Made by a program: the position numbers and the translations under genes
Notes under the pieces: generated by a model
Seen by the model: the letters and a program-made list of their open reading frames with translations, nothing else
Told to the model about the DNA's origin: nothing
The model's database searches: none
Shown: piece by piece, positions 26,370-40,553 of the stretch
Layout of the letters: each line of letters begins with the position of its first letter
Numbering within the stretch: position 1 is the stretch's first letter
NCBI GenBank assembly: GCA_047495785.1
Contig: JBLDXI010000004.1
Span: 2,356,001 to 2,420,000, forward strand
DNA length: 64,000 nucleotides
From: Lepidodermella squamata
Taxonomy: Eukaryota > Animalia > Gastrotricha
Direction: 5' to 3'

Positions 26370-27339
26370 TTAACAGAATTTACTTTCGTTTTCCAACCTA
26401 TGTTGATAAGAAACTTTGAATCCTTGAAATGATGCTTTTTCCCTTTATTTATTTCTCGAAATCAGAATTAAAATAAAATTTAACGCAATACGCAATGTTA
26501 AACAAAATAAATAATTCATCAGTTTTCGATTCACGGAAAGAACGACGAATTTACAGGAATTCCAAAAAAAGATGGAGCAACAAAACGGTACAAACTAACA
26601 ACACTAGCTTTGAAGTTGCGGAATAACCGGAACTCTACAATTTCGGGGGCCGCGTGGTTTCGGCGACTCAGAACGACTTTTGCTTCAAACTGATCGAAAA
26701 TAGATTGATTGGGTGAAGAATGATGCCGAAATTTCCGAGCCATGACTTGAGTTTGAATCAGCCCGGATACCGTGATATTGCGGCTAAAATTGCTCGGGAT
26801 AGCAGAAAATATTTCGGGCTGTTCACGCCATTTTTTCTCTATGCTCCGGGTAACGCTTATTTGGGTGTGACAAATGTCTTTTTTTATCCGACAACCAAAA
26901 ATGTGAATAAAATCATCTGACATGAAAATATAGATTTTCTCGATTTTCCCGAGTTTGATTTTTCCGTAGGGGCTTTTATGCAACCTACTTTGACCCTTGA
27001 ATCGGCAGAATTTTATGGTGAAAGATTTATGGCGATCCGAGTTGTAAACTTTTTACTGTAATTTTTTGAAAATAATATGAAAGAGCAAGTCGGATGATTT
27101 TAGTCACATTTTTTGTTGTCGGATGAAATAAGACATTGGTCGGATGAAAACAGCTTATTTTCCCCGCCTATTTTTGCATCTAATAGGCCGACGGTGATTC
27201 TATTGGAATCCTTATCCTCCCTGCGGTCGGAGAAGGAGCGCCGGGTGAAACCCAGAATTTCAAACTTAGATATTACCTACATACAAGAGTATTCTTTTAT
27301 CTAGCTATGTAGTAGTTGAAAATGACCGCATGTGCTCTA

Positions 27340-28340
27340 AGGATTCATAGTAATTTCGTAACTGGCTTTTCGTACGGTGATCATTTCATAACATACGGTT
27401 TTCATATGGAGTAAATTCATACACATACAGTTTCATATCAAAAGTGGTGATCTTTTTGTGACAAAAATTCAACTTGAATTGTAGTTCGCAAAAGGTGGTC
27501 TTTTCATAACAAGGTGTGTTAGGAATTCGAAAGTGGTGATCTTTTCGATATGTTAATTTAATGGCTCGTGTCTAGATTGCGCGAGATCTCTCGCGTTCGT
27601 CATTCGTAGTAGTAGGTGGTAGTAGTAGTGGGTTTCATCCATTAGTAGCAGTAGTGATTTATCATAAGTAGTAAAGAATGAAAGTTTCTACTATATGCAA
27701 TAAATCGTACAAAATGACCGAGGCTTGAATATTCACACGAGCAAGACTCATTCTGCTAAGAATGCAGCGCCAGTTGCCGTTGATCTTTCTAATTCAGCGT
27801 CAACTTCAATGTCTAGTGTTACCTTCGCGAATACGACCATCGGTGGATTAGGTCCCCGTGAAACTTCGACGCCTAGGTCTACTACGCCTCAGTTACTTGG
27901 TAATGCTACCGCTGATCGACCTGTGCTTCCTACAGCCACTCCATTACCCATTGCTAATGAAGCGCAGTTTTACAATTGGCAGCAGTGGCAACACAGCAGC
28001 AACAACAACAGCAGTGGTATCAATGGCAGCAGTTTCGACAGCAATTCTACCAGAATCATCCAGGGTTGCAGCGAACAGTTCCACCTTTTGTCGCCCCATT
28101 TGTTGCGCCGAATAATTTATTTCAACCTATTATGGCAATGCCTGAGCCCCGCCATCTCGGCCAGCTGCCGCGGCCGGAAATGCCGAATGTTCTTTTGATT
28201 CCTAACCGGTTTTATACTACGACCAGGAACAACAAACCTCTGTCTTCTAAGGGTTTCGCCTACTATTGGGTGGAAAATAGGAAGCATTATCGGTGCAAAG
28301 ATTGTTTCATCACGCCAGTTCGAATAAGAAGCTGAACCTC
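27340..28340 (+). mobile_element. Degenerate DNA-transposon end and ORF remnant (Mutator/MULE-like, tentative)
   Basis: Terminal-type TTTC(G/A)TAAC repeats at 27350-27510, echoed at 46680-46745 and 54055-54155. Frameshifted C2H2-like ICNKSY..RGLNIHTSKTH, a Gln-rich tract and FLYWCH-like TTTRNNKPLSSKGFAYYW..YRCKDC. Confidence 0.4.
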
Positions 28341-29528
28341 GAGCCACTCTTGATCAGATTGCTGCCATAAAAGAATAGAGATATAGGCTCCAGACATAGG
28401 CTCTGAATTATATTCAACTTGAAGAGTAGATGACGCTGACTTGGATTCAATTTACAGCAGCTATTAGACCAAATAACAAACAAATCGATTAGGCAAAGCT
28501 CTACTCAGAAAATATGTTATATTTGTCGAAAATTGATGTCATCGCATTACCTTTAATAGCTCATAGACTGCCAGTCAGATCTTTGAAAAGATATGTGTAG
28601 ATGATCTTCAACAGACCCTCTACATCTGTAAAAGCTTTCAGCCAGTTATGTCACAGAATGAGGCCACGGCAAGCCAGTATTTACAGGTAAGTTTAGGCGG
28701 GTATAAAGTATAAACGACCCATATGAAATGAATATATAAAGTAAATAAAGTTGCTGTTAGAGTCGATTCTGAGCTCTCAGATTTCTTCTATGTTACCAGG
28801 GGACTAAGACAGGGTTGCCCGTTGTCTCCTTTGCTATTCATAGCGACCTTCAACAAAATTTGCGAAAAAATATCTGCTGAAAAATTAGGCTTTCCTATTA
28901 GCGAGACCGCAAACAGCGAGACCGCTATGAGCGAGACTGATTTCCTAAATTTACTAGCGTTTGCGGACGACGGAACACTTTTAGGCATGAACCACGACGA
29001 AATTTCACGACTACTTCACATTTTCGATTTGGCTTGCACCGAATTGGGTCTGAAAATTAACGCGGCAAAAACTCAATATATGATTATTTCTAGAGACGAG
29101 TCAGCTACTCAAAATTACGAATTGGAATTGAACGGGAAAAAACTTGAAAAAGTGACCAAATTTAAATATTTAGGGAGTATTATTACTAGTGACGGCAAAA
29201 TCGATGAGGAACTAAACTACAGAATTTCTAAGGCAGGCAGTGTTTTCGGCGCCATGAACAAATTCATGTGCAACAAAAGTCAGGTTTCCATAGCCACAAA
29301 ACTTAAAGTACTGACATGTGTTATAATACCTACCATCATTTACGCCTGCGAATCGTGGAACATATCGATAGCCCAAGAAAATAGACTAAACACTATAGAA
29401 TATCGATGGCTTCGATCTATAGTAGGTGTCCACCTAATGGACTATATTCCAAATATAGACATTCGACTTGCGTTATGCGGAGGTCTCATTGAAGTGAGCC
29501 GCATTGTTGAAAAACAAAGGCTAAGATA

Positions 29529-32500
29529 TCCAGTAAAAAACCATGCTAGGACATTAATTTGTTTCATTTTGGCAGCTTTGCGCTGAGCAAAAAGGTTTAA
29601 TACGGTTCAAATCACTACCCCTTGAAATTCCCCTCCTAGCCATCTTGGAGGGGAACGTTTTTCGCCCCTCCCCAATCTTCAATGATTGCGCGGACCCAAG
29701 GGTCCAGTTGTTGACAAACTTTTCACTTTTATTTCGATGGCTTAGCCAATACGCGCTGACATTTAAATTATTTCAACGCTTAGAGCATGGTCAGCTGGTC
29801 ATTTTGAGACCAGCCTCGCCGTTGTAGCCCCCGTATTTATGGCGCTAATTATCGCTAATTAGTGCGCAGCGGCGTTCACACACTCACTGAATGTCGGGTT
29901 TTGTCAAATTTTGGACACATGCAGCAGTTCTGTGCGCATATCAAAATAACACTGGTCGACGTAGAATTTCAAGACGAATCGAACAAGCTTAAGATCATCG
30001 TCGTAGCCCTCATAGTTTTGAGCCTATAGGAGGCGCGGTCCATCCACCTTAAAATTTCGAAATTTCGTTGTTTTTCGGAATATTTTCGCGACAGTTTGAA
30101 AGAGACCCTGTGTAACATAACAACCATTTCTAGTACAACATTTGACGGGCTTTCGATCGGTGAAAACCGCATGTCGATGCCTCTCACAGTTTTTTGCCAA
30201 TAAGCCGGGCGGTAAAATGTGAGATAAAAAACACACTTGGTAAATCTCGAAATTTCGCTTCTACAATTCCGGCTCGTGTATACCTGCAGCTTCAATGACG
30301 AATTTTCATGTGATATAGTAGGTAACTTGAGACGCCCTATTAAATGGTAGACACCCTATGTTCACAGGGCACACCCATTTGACGACCCGCCCTTGACAAA
30401 GTAAAAATTTTTCCAATTGTAACTTTACACTCTCATTTCAATTATATAGCCGGTTCGCGCTGATACTTTTAAGATGCCAACACTTGGAGTATAGTCCGCT
30501 GGCCATTTTGAGACCAGGCTGGTCGTTTTAGCCCTCGTATTCATGATGCTATAATACGCGCGGTAAAACTTGGTATGGGCATATTTTGTGTGTGTGCGCA
30601 TGCAGTTAGGCTTTCTCACTTGCATTTTTGACTTTTACGCAATATTTGCGCGCAAGATTAATGGCAGCCGACCTCTTCAGTAAAATGCGACAAATCGAAC
30701 GAGACTAAGCTTGTCTTGCCAGCTATCAGGACTGTTGAGCAAATTTTGTCGTGGTACGGCCTCAAAAATCATCCGAAAATCCAAATTAATATTGTGATTT
30801 TTCGAATTATGCCTATTTTGCACATTCACCTGAAAGATAACTGGCAATATCGTTTGACCTTTTCTAGTGCAGGATTTCACGTTATTTCTTCGCAAGAAAC
30901 CACGCGGTGAATTTATTTTTATATTCAAAGTATTATATGTGCTCTAAATGCTTTAGCATCAAAAACCTGGCGAATTTCACGACAATTGTTTTCAGAATAT
31001 CAAAAAATCTGCGTTTTCCATAAACTTCGCACTGTAGCAGCGGTGGTTACGAGAAAATTACGAGAATATTGTTCTCGCTGCTTACGATATGCAAAATCAT
31101 GTCCTTGAAACCTTTAAAAATTAACAAAGAATCAGCCACTCGTTATATATACGTAATCTGTACACCATTTGATGAAGAACTTTCAGTTCTGTTTTGGAGT
31201 CCCTCCCCTGTTTGAGAAAAATTTGAAACGAAAATCATCATTGCTGAGGATTTTATTATAGGGTAATGAGGGGCCAATTGAAGTGAGGGTTTTATTGAGG
31301 GTAATTAAGGTGCGCGCGCGCCGTCGCCGTTAACCGTGTCATGACCCAGATAATTAGGAGATATATAAAATGATCACGACCTTGCCTACAGTCAAAACTT
31401 GGGATGGGCATTTTTTAAAGGTGCGTACTCTCACTATTAGATAAGTAAAATTATTAGATTAGAAGTATTAGATTGTAAAATTCGCCACTGAACTCGCATT
31501 TGAATATGACCAGCAGAACTGTAGAAGCGATATTTCGAAATTTATTGGGTTTGTTTTTTATCTCAAATTTTACCGGGAGGCATACGGGCAAAAAACGGCA
31601 GCTGATATCGGCTTGCGGTTTTCGCCCATGGATAGCCCGTGAAATGTTATATTAGAAATGGCTAATAAATTAAGCCCGGTCGCTTCCGTATCGTCGCGAA
31701 AACATTCACGAAAACATAAAAATCTCGAAATTTCAAGTTTTAAGGTGGATCAAAACTAGTTCTACCGCGCCTCTTATAGGCAAAAAACTATGAGGGCTAC
31801 GACGATAGGCATATTCTCGTTCGGTTCGTCTTGAAATTCCACCTCGGCCTGTGTAATGTGTATGTGCGCACAAAACTGCTGGTTATCAGAGTCATGACCC
31901 GGTTAACGGCGGCGGCGCACACCGTGATTACCCTCAATATAATTATATTCTGCATAATTAACGACTTGCATTTTATTACCTGGAATTAAGCTAGAACCAG
32001 GGGAATGGACTTGGGCTTATGAGTTTATTTGAACCGTGATCGAAAAATATAAAAATTGTTTTCCAATTTCAAATTTCCAGCAAAATTCTACGTCGTCACA
32101 TGAAAAGTCATTTTCAAGTCAAAAATCATTTTTTTCAATTTTTTTGTCAAAATTTGACCACTTCCAAGGTGTAGAGAGAAAGTATTTCAAGCTATCGAAT
32201 GATATACGATACATACCTATGTGAAACTTGTTTGCATGTAGAGGCGCGGCTCCGATCAAATTTTGACCTTGGCAAAGGGTGTGCTGCCCACAGGGTGCGG
32301 CCTATGAACATGAGGCGTAAACCATTCGATAGGCCGCTTCGAGTTACCTATTGGTTAACAAAATTCGTCAATACAATCCCAGACCCGGAATTGGTAAAGC
32401 AAAATTTCAAATTTTACTTGGTCTGTTTTTATCTCAAAATATACCGCGTGCCTTATTGGCAAAAAACCATGAGGGGTATTGACAAGCGGTTTTCACCATA

Positions 32501-35500
32501 AAATAGCCCGCAAAATGTTGTAGTAGACATGGCTATTATATAACGCCGAGAAGCTTCTACACCGTCGCGAAAAAATTCACAAAAACATTGAAATTTCGAA
32601 ATTCTCAAGTTTTAAGGTGGGTCGAAACAAATTCTACCGCGCCTCATGGGCAGAATACTATGAGGGCTACGACGATGGGCCTAGTGTCGTTCGATTCCTC
32701 GCATTTTTCCGCACATGATGGTTGCAACTAACTTTGCGCACAAATATTACATACAGGTCAAAAATGCAAGTGAGAAAGCCTAACTGCGTGAGTGCGCACA
32801 CTAAAAATACCAAGTATTACCGCGCAGCGAAAAACACCATAACTACGGCGGCCACAACGACCAGCTTGGTCTCAAAATTCTTAGCTGAATAAGCTCTACG
32901 CGTTAAAATTATTAATATATCAGCACAAATTCGCTGAATAAAAAAATGCGAATGCAAAGTTGATCAACAAAATTATGAAAATTTGTCTTGACAAAGGGTG
33001 TGGCGTCAAATGGGTGCGCCCTGTGAATGTGGGGCTTGGACCAGTTGAAGGGGCGCCTTGAGTTACCCATTTCTCATGAATATTTGTAATTGAAGTCGCA
33101 GTTAAAATACACCTAGAATAAAAGAATCGATATTTGAAAATTTACTCAGTTTGTTATTTATCTCATATTAGACCGCGTGGCCTATTGGCAAAAATCTGTG
33201 ATAGGTGTTGGCATGCGGATTTCACCTCTCGAAAGCCCGTCATATTCTGTAATTGACATGGTTATTTTACTAAACCGGGACTATTCCTAATTGTCGTGAA
33301 ATGATTCTCAAAAACGTCGAAATTTCGAAATTTTAAGGTGGATCGGCCGCGCCTCCTATAGACAAAAAACTATGAGGGCTACGACGATGGGCCTAGTGTC
33401 GTTCGATTCGTCTTGAAATTCTACGTCGGCCTACATAATGTCTATGTGCGCACAAAACTGCTACGCGTGTCGGAAATATGACAGAAAACGGCTCTGAGTG
33501 AGTGTGTTAGCGCCGCCGCGCACTAGAAATGAGTTGAAAAACGCGATTCTCCGGGCTTCTATTGCTCGACAACCATGAGCGCTACGATTATGCGGTTGGG
33601 CTCTAAAAATTCAGCGGAAAATTTGCTGCATTTTACGTACATTCAAATACAAGCGCTACCAGAATGAGGTGTCAAAAAAAATTAACAATAGTCGGAAAAA
33701 TTGAAAATTTTACTGCGCAATCAATAGCGCCATAAATAAAAGGGCTACAACGACCAGCCCGGACTCAAATTGGCCAGCCTGCTATGCTCTAAGCGTTAGA
33801 ATCATTAATATAACAGCGCAAATGAAGATAATGATGAACATGTGAGTGCAAAGTTGATAAATGTTAAACAAAATTTACTTTGGCTTGGGCGTGGCATCAA
33901 ATGGGTGCGTCTTGTGAGTGTGAGGCATCAACCATCAAGTAGGGCGCCTCGAATAACCTATGTCTCATGAAAATTCGTCACTGATGTCGCAGTAAAATAT
34001 GACCCGTAAATATAAAAGCGAAATTTCGAATTTTTTTGCGTTGATTTTTATCTCACATTTCACCGCGAGGCTTATATGCAAACAACCGTGATAGGTGTTG
34101 GCATGCGGTGTTCACCGTTCGAAAGCCCGTCAAACTTTGTACGGGAAATAGTTGCTTTATTACACAGGGACTCTTCCAAACTTTCGTGAAAAAAATCACA
34201 AAAACATCGAAATTGTGAAATTTTAAGGTGGATGGACCGCGCCTTCTATAGGCAAATAACTGTGAGTGCTACGGCGATGGGCGTAGTCTCGTTCGATTCG
34301 TCTTGAAATTTTACGTTGGACTGAATGATTTGTATGTGCGCACAAGACTGCTGCATGTGCTTAAAATTTGACAGAAATCAACTCACTGTGAGTGTGCGAG
34401 CGCCGCGGCACGCTAAAAATAGGTTGAAAAATGCGATTTACCGCGCCTCTTGCTGTTCAACAACCATGAGGGCTGTTTTAACGCGGCTGGTCTCTAAAAA
34501 TTCAGCGCAAAATTTGCTACATTCTACGTGCATTCAAATATGAGCGCTACCAGGTTGAGCTGCCAAACAAATTGACAAAAGTCGAAAAAATTGAAATTTT
34601 AATTTTCACTAAAAATCAATCGCGCGCTAAACGCTCTAGTCAGGGGAAATCTGGCGAATCTCGCGGCGGTTTTGGTACCAAAAAATCGGCCATCCTTTCT
34701 AGTATCTAAAAATTTGACTTTGTCACGACAAATTCCGCACCTATCTGGGTGTCATACGCGCCTTGAAAGTTTCACACACAGTTAGTGAGGGCCACTTTTT
34801 CAAGTGCGCACAACTTGTAAATTCAATACAAAATCAATCGTTGATCGTATGAAAATAAAATTTAGACTGTTCGATGCAGAATTTTTCGTAGAAAGTCACT
34901 GATGCAGCCCTCCCCCCAGGGAGGGCCGCCAAACTGGCTTTATATTGACATTTCGAAGAGGCGCATCGCAACGACCAGGCTCTCGCGTGTGATGTAATTA
35001 ACCTCGGTCATGAGGGTGCCGGTAACCGTGACCCAGACGGCGGCGTAAGCAGCTCATGAATATTAATTAGCAGTTGGGTAGTTTTTTATGAATAAAAATT
35101 CGCCACAAATTAACCGCCCGATGAAAACAGCTGGAAAGTTTTTATACAGAGGTTTAAAAAAAGATCTATCTACGACTTATTTTTCCATATTTTTATCGTG
35201 AAAATTCGTTCCCCTAGCTTCGTTTTTCGTCCAGCGCAAAACGCCTCTACCATTGTCGCCTCGACCGGCGAAGTTGAGAGAGAGGCGCTGGACCTCCGGT
35301 TCAGGCTGCGGCTCCGCCGCTAGGGGAACCCTATCGGGTTGGTTCGCGCAATCATCTAGAAAAACGGGGCACCAGCTGCCGGTTGCCGCAAAAATTTTCA
35401 AAATCGGATTATTTTTGGTGAAGTTATTGATGAAATAAGATCGGCCGGTTTTTATTTCCCCCACCCTCCAAACCGGGGTTGAATATCATGTTTTTTAAGA

Positions 35501-38500
35501 AAGATAACTGATGCCTCCCTCCCCCGGGGGAGGGAGGCAGCCGGTAATTCATAAAAATTTTTAACGGCATATAAAAAGTTTCGAGCGCCACTACCTGTTG
35601 CGCTCCTAGCGCTGCCACAGAGCGCGTGAGTTAACAATAGAGCGCCGGTGATTACGCAATAGGTGTCGTGTGCGCGCGCGACCGTCGCGCGCGCGGCGGT
35701 GGTGGCGTACGGCACCGGTGACCTAGCGCCGTTAGGTCAAGTTGTTGCGTCATCGATAAAGCGATTTTTTCGTTTTTAATTCTTTAAAAATCAGCAATTG
35801 ATGCGGAAAAAATGAAAAGTTTCTACCCGCCACTTGAAAGCCTGCCCGATTTTTCGGTATTTTTAGATTTTCTACATGTATCACAGGAATTTCCCTAGCA
35901 AGGTATTCCAAAGCGGCCATAACCCCTTCTGCATCAGCAGTCGCTGATGCGCCGTACTCTGTCGCTTATTGGGGACTTCGTCCCTGTGGGACCTTTGGTG
36001 CGCAACCATCCAGCAATATGGGACACAAGAAATTTTGGATTGATTTGTTGCTCTGGCAGCTAGGCGCTGGGCGTTATAGCTGCGCTTAGGGTAGAGGACA
36101 TCAAACACCCCTTGAAATTCCCCTCCAGGCCGTCTTGGAGGGGAACTTCAGCTCGCCCCTCCCCAAACTTTAATTTTATATTAAATTAAAATTAAAATAT
36201 TACCGAGCAAGACTGTAGGCAAGGTCGTGATCATTTTATATCTCCTAATTATCTGGGTCATGACCCGTTTAACGGCGACGGCGCGCGCGCACCTTAATTA
36301 CCCTCAATAAAACCCTCACTTCAATTGACCCCTCATTACCCTATAATAAAATCCTCAGCCATTATGATTTTCGTTTCAAATTATTCTCAAACACGGGGGA
36401 TTCATACAAAACAGAACTGAAAATCATCTATCGAATGGTATAAAAATTACGTATTTAAAACAATTCCTTGTAAATTTTTACAGTTTTCAAGTACATGATT
36501 TTGCCCATCGTAAACAGCGAAAACAAATTTCTCGTAATTTTCTCGTAACCACCGCTATCCGCTACAGTTACAAAGTTGATGGAGAACGCAGATTTTCAGA
36601 TTTTTTTGAGGCAAAAGTTGTCGTGGAATTCGCCAAATTTATGATGAAACTGTTGGCGCACATATATTTTTCATTTTTGAATATAATTGTCTTCTATGGT
36701 GTCAATATTGCTGGAACAGGGAAGTCATAAATGACTGCAGTTGAAAACAAAAATTATGTTATTAACAGTGTGAAGATTTCTAATTTAAAATCTTCTATTA
36801 ATTTCAACACTCTGTGGTCATACAAAAATCGTAATAATTTTCGATTTAATAACACATCGCCGATTTTGATTTTAGCTTAGAAAGACGGATAGAGCGTCGC
36901 CGTCTGCTAATTCTTTCAATACCAAATTCGTCAATTCTGCACCCAGCATCAGCTCGCTGCCAACTGCTTGGCAGAACCGGTTCAGTGCGTACTAGATCTT
37001 ATTTTCAATTTTTACTGACTTATTTTCAAGCAATTACTGTCAAATTGTTCGTAAAATATTGTAGTGCAGTGGATAGAAAGTTTCGACGACTTCTAAGCTT
37101 GCCTCAATAGCTATCACAGTTGCCAACATTGTTTGGCCCAAAATCGAAGCGTCAACCGCCAGCTTTTCATCTCACATTTTCCCGCGAGCTTTTACGTAAC
37201 GACTTGCGGTTTTTACAGTTGGATAGCTTGTAAACTTTTGTTCAGCCAACGTGTTTTCAAGATTGTTTCAAGGAACACTTCCAGATTGTCGCGAGAAAAT
37301 TACAAAATAAATCAAAATTTCAAAATTTTCAAGTTTTAAGGTTTATCCGCGTAACCCCTTATAGACAAAAAACTGTGAGTGAATGGCGCTTGGCGATTTG
37401 AATGGCGCTAAGCTTGCCTCAATAGCTATCACAGTTGCCGAAATAGTATGACATGAAATCAAACTAGATTTCCAGGAGTCAACCGGCCAGTTTTTTATCT
37501 CAATCTCACATTTTCCCGTGAGGCTTATTGGCTCGAAACGAAGTTAGCTACCGACTTGCGGTTTTTACCGTTGGATAGCTCGTAAAATTTTGGCCGGTCA
37601 ACGTGTTTTCAATTCAGCTGGAACACTTCCAGATTGTCACGAGAAAATTACAAAAAAAATCAAAATTTCGAATTTTTCAAGTTTTAAGGTGGATCAAAGC
37701 AAGTTGAACCGCGCCTCCTATAGACAAAAAACTATGCGTGCTATGGCCATGGGCGTAGTCTCGTTCGATTCCTCGCATTTTTCTGCATAGGGTGGTTCCA
37801 ATTAATTTTGCCCACAGTTATTGCATGCTGGTCAAAAATGCCAAAAAATGAGTCCGCACACAAAGAATATGGTCATACCTAATTTTACTGCGCGATAATT
37901 AGCGCAATAAATACGAGGGCTACAACAACGAGGCTGGTCTCAAAATGACCAGCCAACCATGCTCTAAGCGTTAGAATCGTTTAAACGTCAGCGCGTATTG
38001 GCTAAGCCATTGAAATGAGAGTGCAAAGTTGGTCAACACAATTTAAAAAAATTGACTTTGAAATGGGCGTGGCGTCAGATGGGTGCGGCCTGTGAACGTA
38101 AGGCATGTGCCATCAGGTAGGGCGCCTCGAATAACCTATGTGTCATGAAAATTCGTCACTGGAATCGCAGTTAAATATGACCCGGAATTGTAAAAGCGAA
38201 ATTGTGAAGTTCACCATGTTTGTTTTTTATCTCACATTTTACCGCGTGGCTTATTGGCAAAATACGGTCAGTCGCATGCAGTTAGCACCATTGGATAGCC
38301 CGTGAAATTCTGCATTAGCAACGGTAATCAAATAACGCTAGGACATTTCAAGAACGTCGCGAGAAAATTCACAAAGACATCGAAATTTCGAAATTTTCAA
38401 GTTTTAAGGTGGATCGAAGCGAGATTTACCGCGCCTTCAATACCTTCATAACTATGAGGGCTACGACAATGGGCCTAGTGTCGTTCGATTCGTCTTGAAA

Positions 38501-40462
38501 TTCTACGTCGACCGGTGTAACTTTGATATGCGCACAAAACTGCTGCATGTGTACAAAATTTGACAGAAATCCCCTCTCAGTGAGCGCGTGAGTGCGGCCG
38601 GCGCGCTAAAATATGCTGAGAAACGTGATTTGCCGCGCCTGTTATTGCTCCGCAACCATGAGGGCTACGTTGACGAGCTTGGTCTCTAAAGATCCAGCGG
38701 AAAATTTGCTACATTCTACGTGCAATTAAACATGAGCGCTACCCGGGTGAGGTGTCAAAAAAATTGACGAAAGTCAAAAAAATTGAAATTTTTAATTCCA
38801 CTAAAAATCAACCGCGCGCTAAACGCTATAGTCAAAGGTAATATTGCGAATCCCGTGGCGGTTTTGGTACCAAAAAATCGGCCGTCCTGGCCTCAAAATG
38901 GCCAGCGGACTATGCTCTAAGCGTTGGCATCATAAAAGTATCAGCGCGAACCGGCTATGCCATTGAAATGAGACTGCAAAGTTAGTGGACAATTTAAAGA
39001 AATTTGACTTTGTCAAAGGCGGGTCGTCAAATGTGTGTGCCCTGTGAACATGGCGCGTCTACCATTCAATAGGGCGTCTCAAGTTACCTATACCTCATGA
39101 AAATTCGTCACTCAAGCTGCAGGTAAATATGACCCGGATTTGTAGAAGCGAAATTTCGAGATTTACCAATTGTGTTTTTTATCTCATATTTTACCGCTCG
39201 GCTTATTGGCAAAAAACTGTGAGAGGTATCGACATGCGGTTCTCACCGATCGAAAGCCCGTCAAATGTTGTACTAGAATTGGTTGTTATGTTTCACCGGG
39301 TCTCTTCCAAACCGTCGCGAAAAAATCACAAAAAGAACGAAATTTCGAAATTTTAAGGTGGATCGACCGCGCCTCCTATAGGCAAAAAACTATGAGGGCT
39401 ACGACGATGATCTTAGGCTTGTTCGATTCGTCTTGAAATTCTACGTCGGCCTATGCAATGTCTTTGTGCGCACAAAACTGCTACACGTGTCGAAAATTTG
39501 ACAGAAACCGACTCTCAGTGAGTGTGTGAGCGCCGCCGCGCACTAAAAATAGGTTGAAAAACGCGAATTACCGCGCCTCTTATAGCTCAGCAACCATGAG
39601 GGCTGTGATGACGAGGTTGGTCTCTAAAAATTCCGCGCAAAATTTGCTACATTCTAGGTGCATTCAAACATGAGCGCTACCAGGGTGAGGTGTCAAGAAA
39701 ATTGACGAAAGTCGAAAAAATTGAAATTTTTAATTTCACTAAAAATCAACCGAGCGCCAAACGCTCTAGTCAAAGGAAATCTTGCGAATCTTACGGCGGT
39801 TTTGGTACCAAAAAATCGGCCGTGTTTTCTAGTATCTAAAAATCCGACTTTGTCACGACAAATTCCGTACCTATGAGGGTGTCATACGCGCCCTGAAAAT
39901 TTCACACACAGTTAGTGAGGGCCACTTTTCGGAGAGCGCGCAACTTCTAAAATCAATATAAAATCAACCGTGGGTCGTATCGAAATAAAATTTTGACTGT
40001 TCGATGTAGGATGTTTTGTAGTATGTCCCTGATGCGGCCCTCCCCCCGGGGAGGGCCGCCAAACGGGTTTGTTTTTTAAATTTCAAAAAAACGCACCGCA
40101 ATGATCTGGCTCTCGCGCGTGGCGTAATAAACCTCGGTCATGAGGGTGCCGGTAACCGTGACCCAGACGGCGGCGTAATGAGCTCATGAATATTCATCAT
40201 GAATATTGAAAAATTTATGAATAAAAAATCGCCAAAAATCAGCGGATTGGCCGAACTAGCTGGAAAATCTTTGTTGAGCATTTCGGAAAACGGGCTATTT
40301 TTCGATATTTTTGGTGTATTGGTAGAGTTAAAATTCGTTCCCCTACGAGTTAGCGCAGAAAATTCTCGACATCATACGCCAGCAGTCGGCGTGACACTGC
40401 GCAGTGTATGATTGTAGAGTTGTCGCTACCGCGACAACTGGACCCTTGGGTCCGCGCAATCA
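29529..40462. mobile_element. Large non-coding Helentron/rolling-circle-like modular element, copy 1 (composite, ~10.9 kb)
   Basis: Starts TCCAGTAAAAAACCATGCTAGGAC. Hairpin TTCCCCTCC-N10-GGAGGGGAA at 29628-29655. 29-bp perfect inverted repeat 29683-29711 / 40434-40462. Internal terminus at 35354. Arrays of ~180-bp monomers. Confidence 0.8.
31500..34900 (+). repeat. Higher-order array of diverged ~160-205 bp monomers (also ~37100-40000, 41850-44500, 48850-52600)
   Basis: ACCGCG-anchored blocks at ~32443, 32636, 32819, 33012, 33172, 33346, 33551, 33712, 33903, 34062, 34236, 34440, 34620. Recurrent core AAAAACTATGAGGGCTACGACGATGGGC.TAGT.TCGTTCGATTC. Confidence 0.9.
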
Positions 40463-40553
40463 TCTAGGTCACATAATTAGGTCACGTGACTATGACGCAG
40501 AAGGACTAATACACAAAATATATATTTGGACGCCTCCGCTTGGGTGGTTTGCA

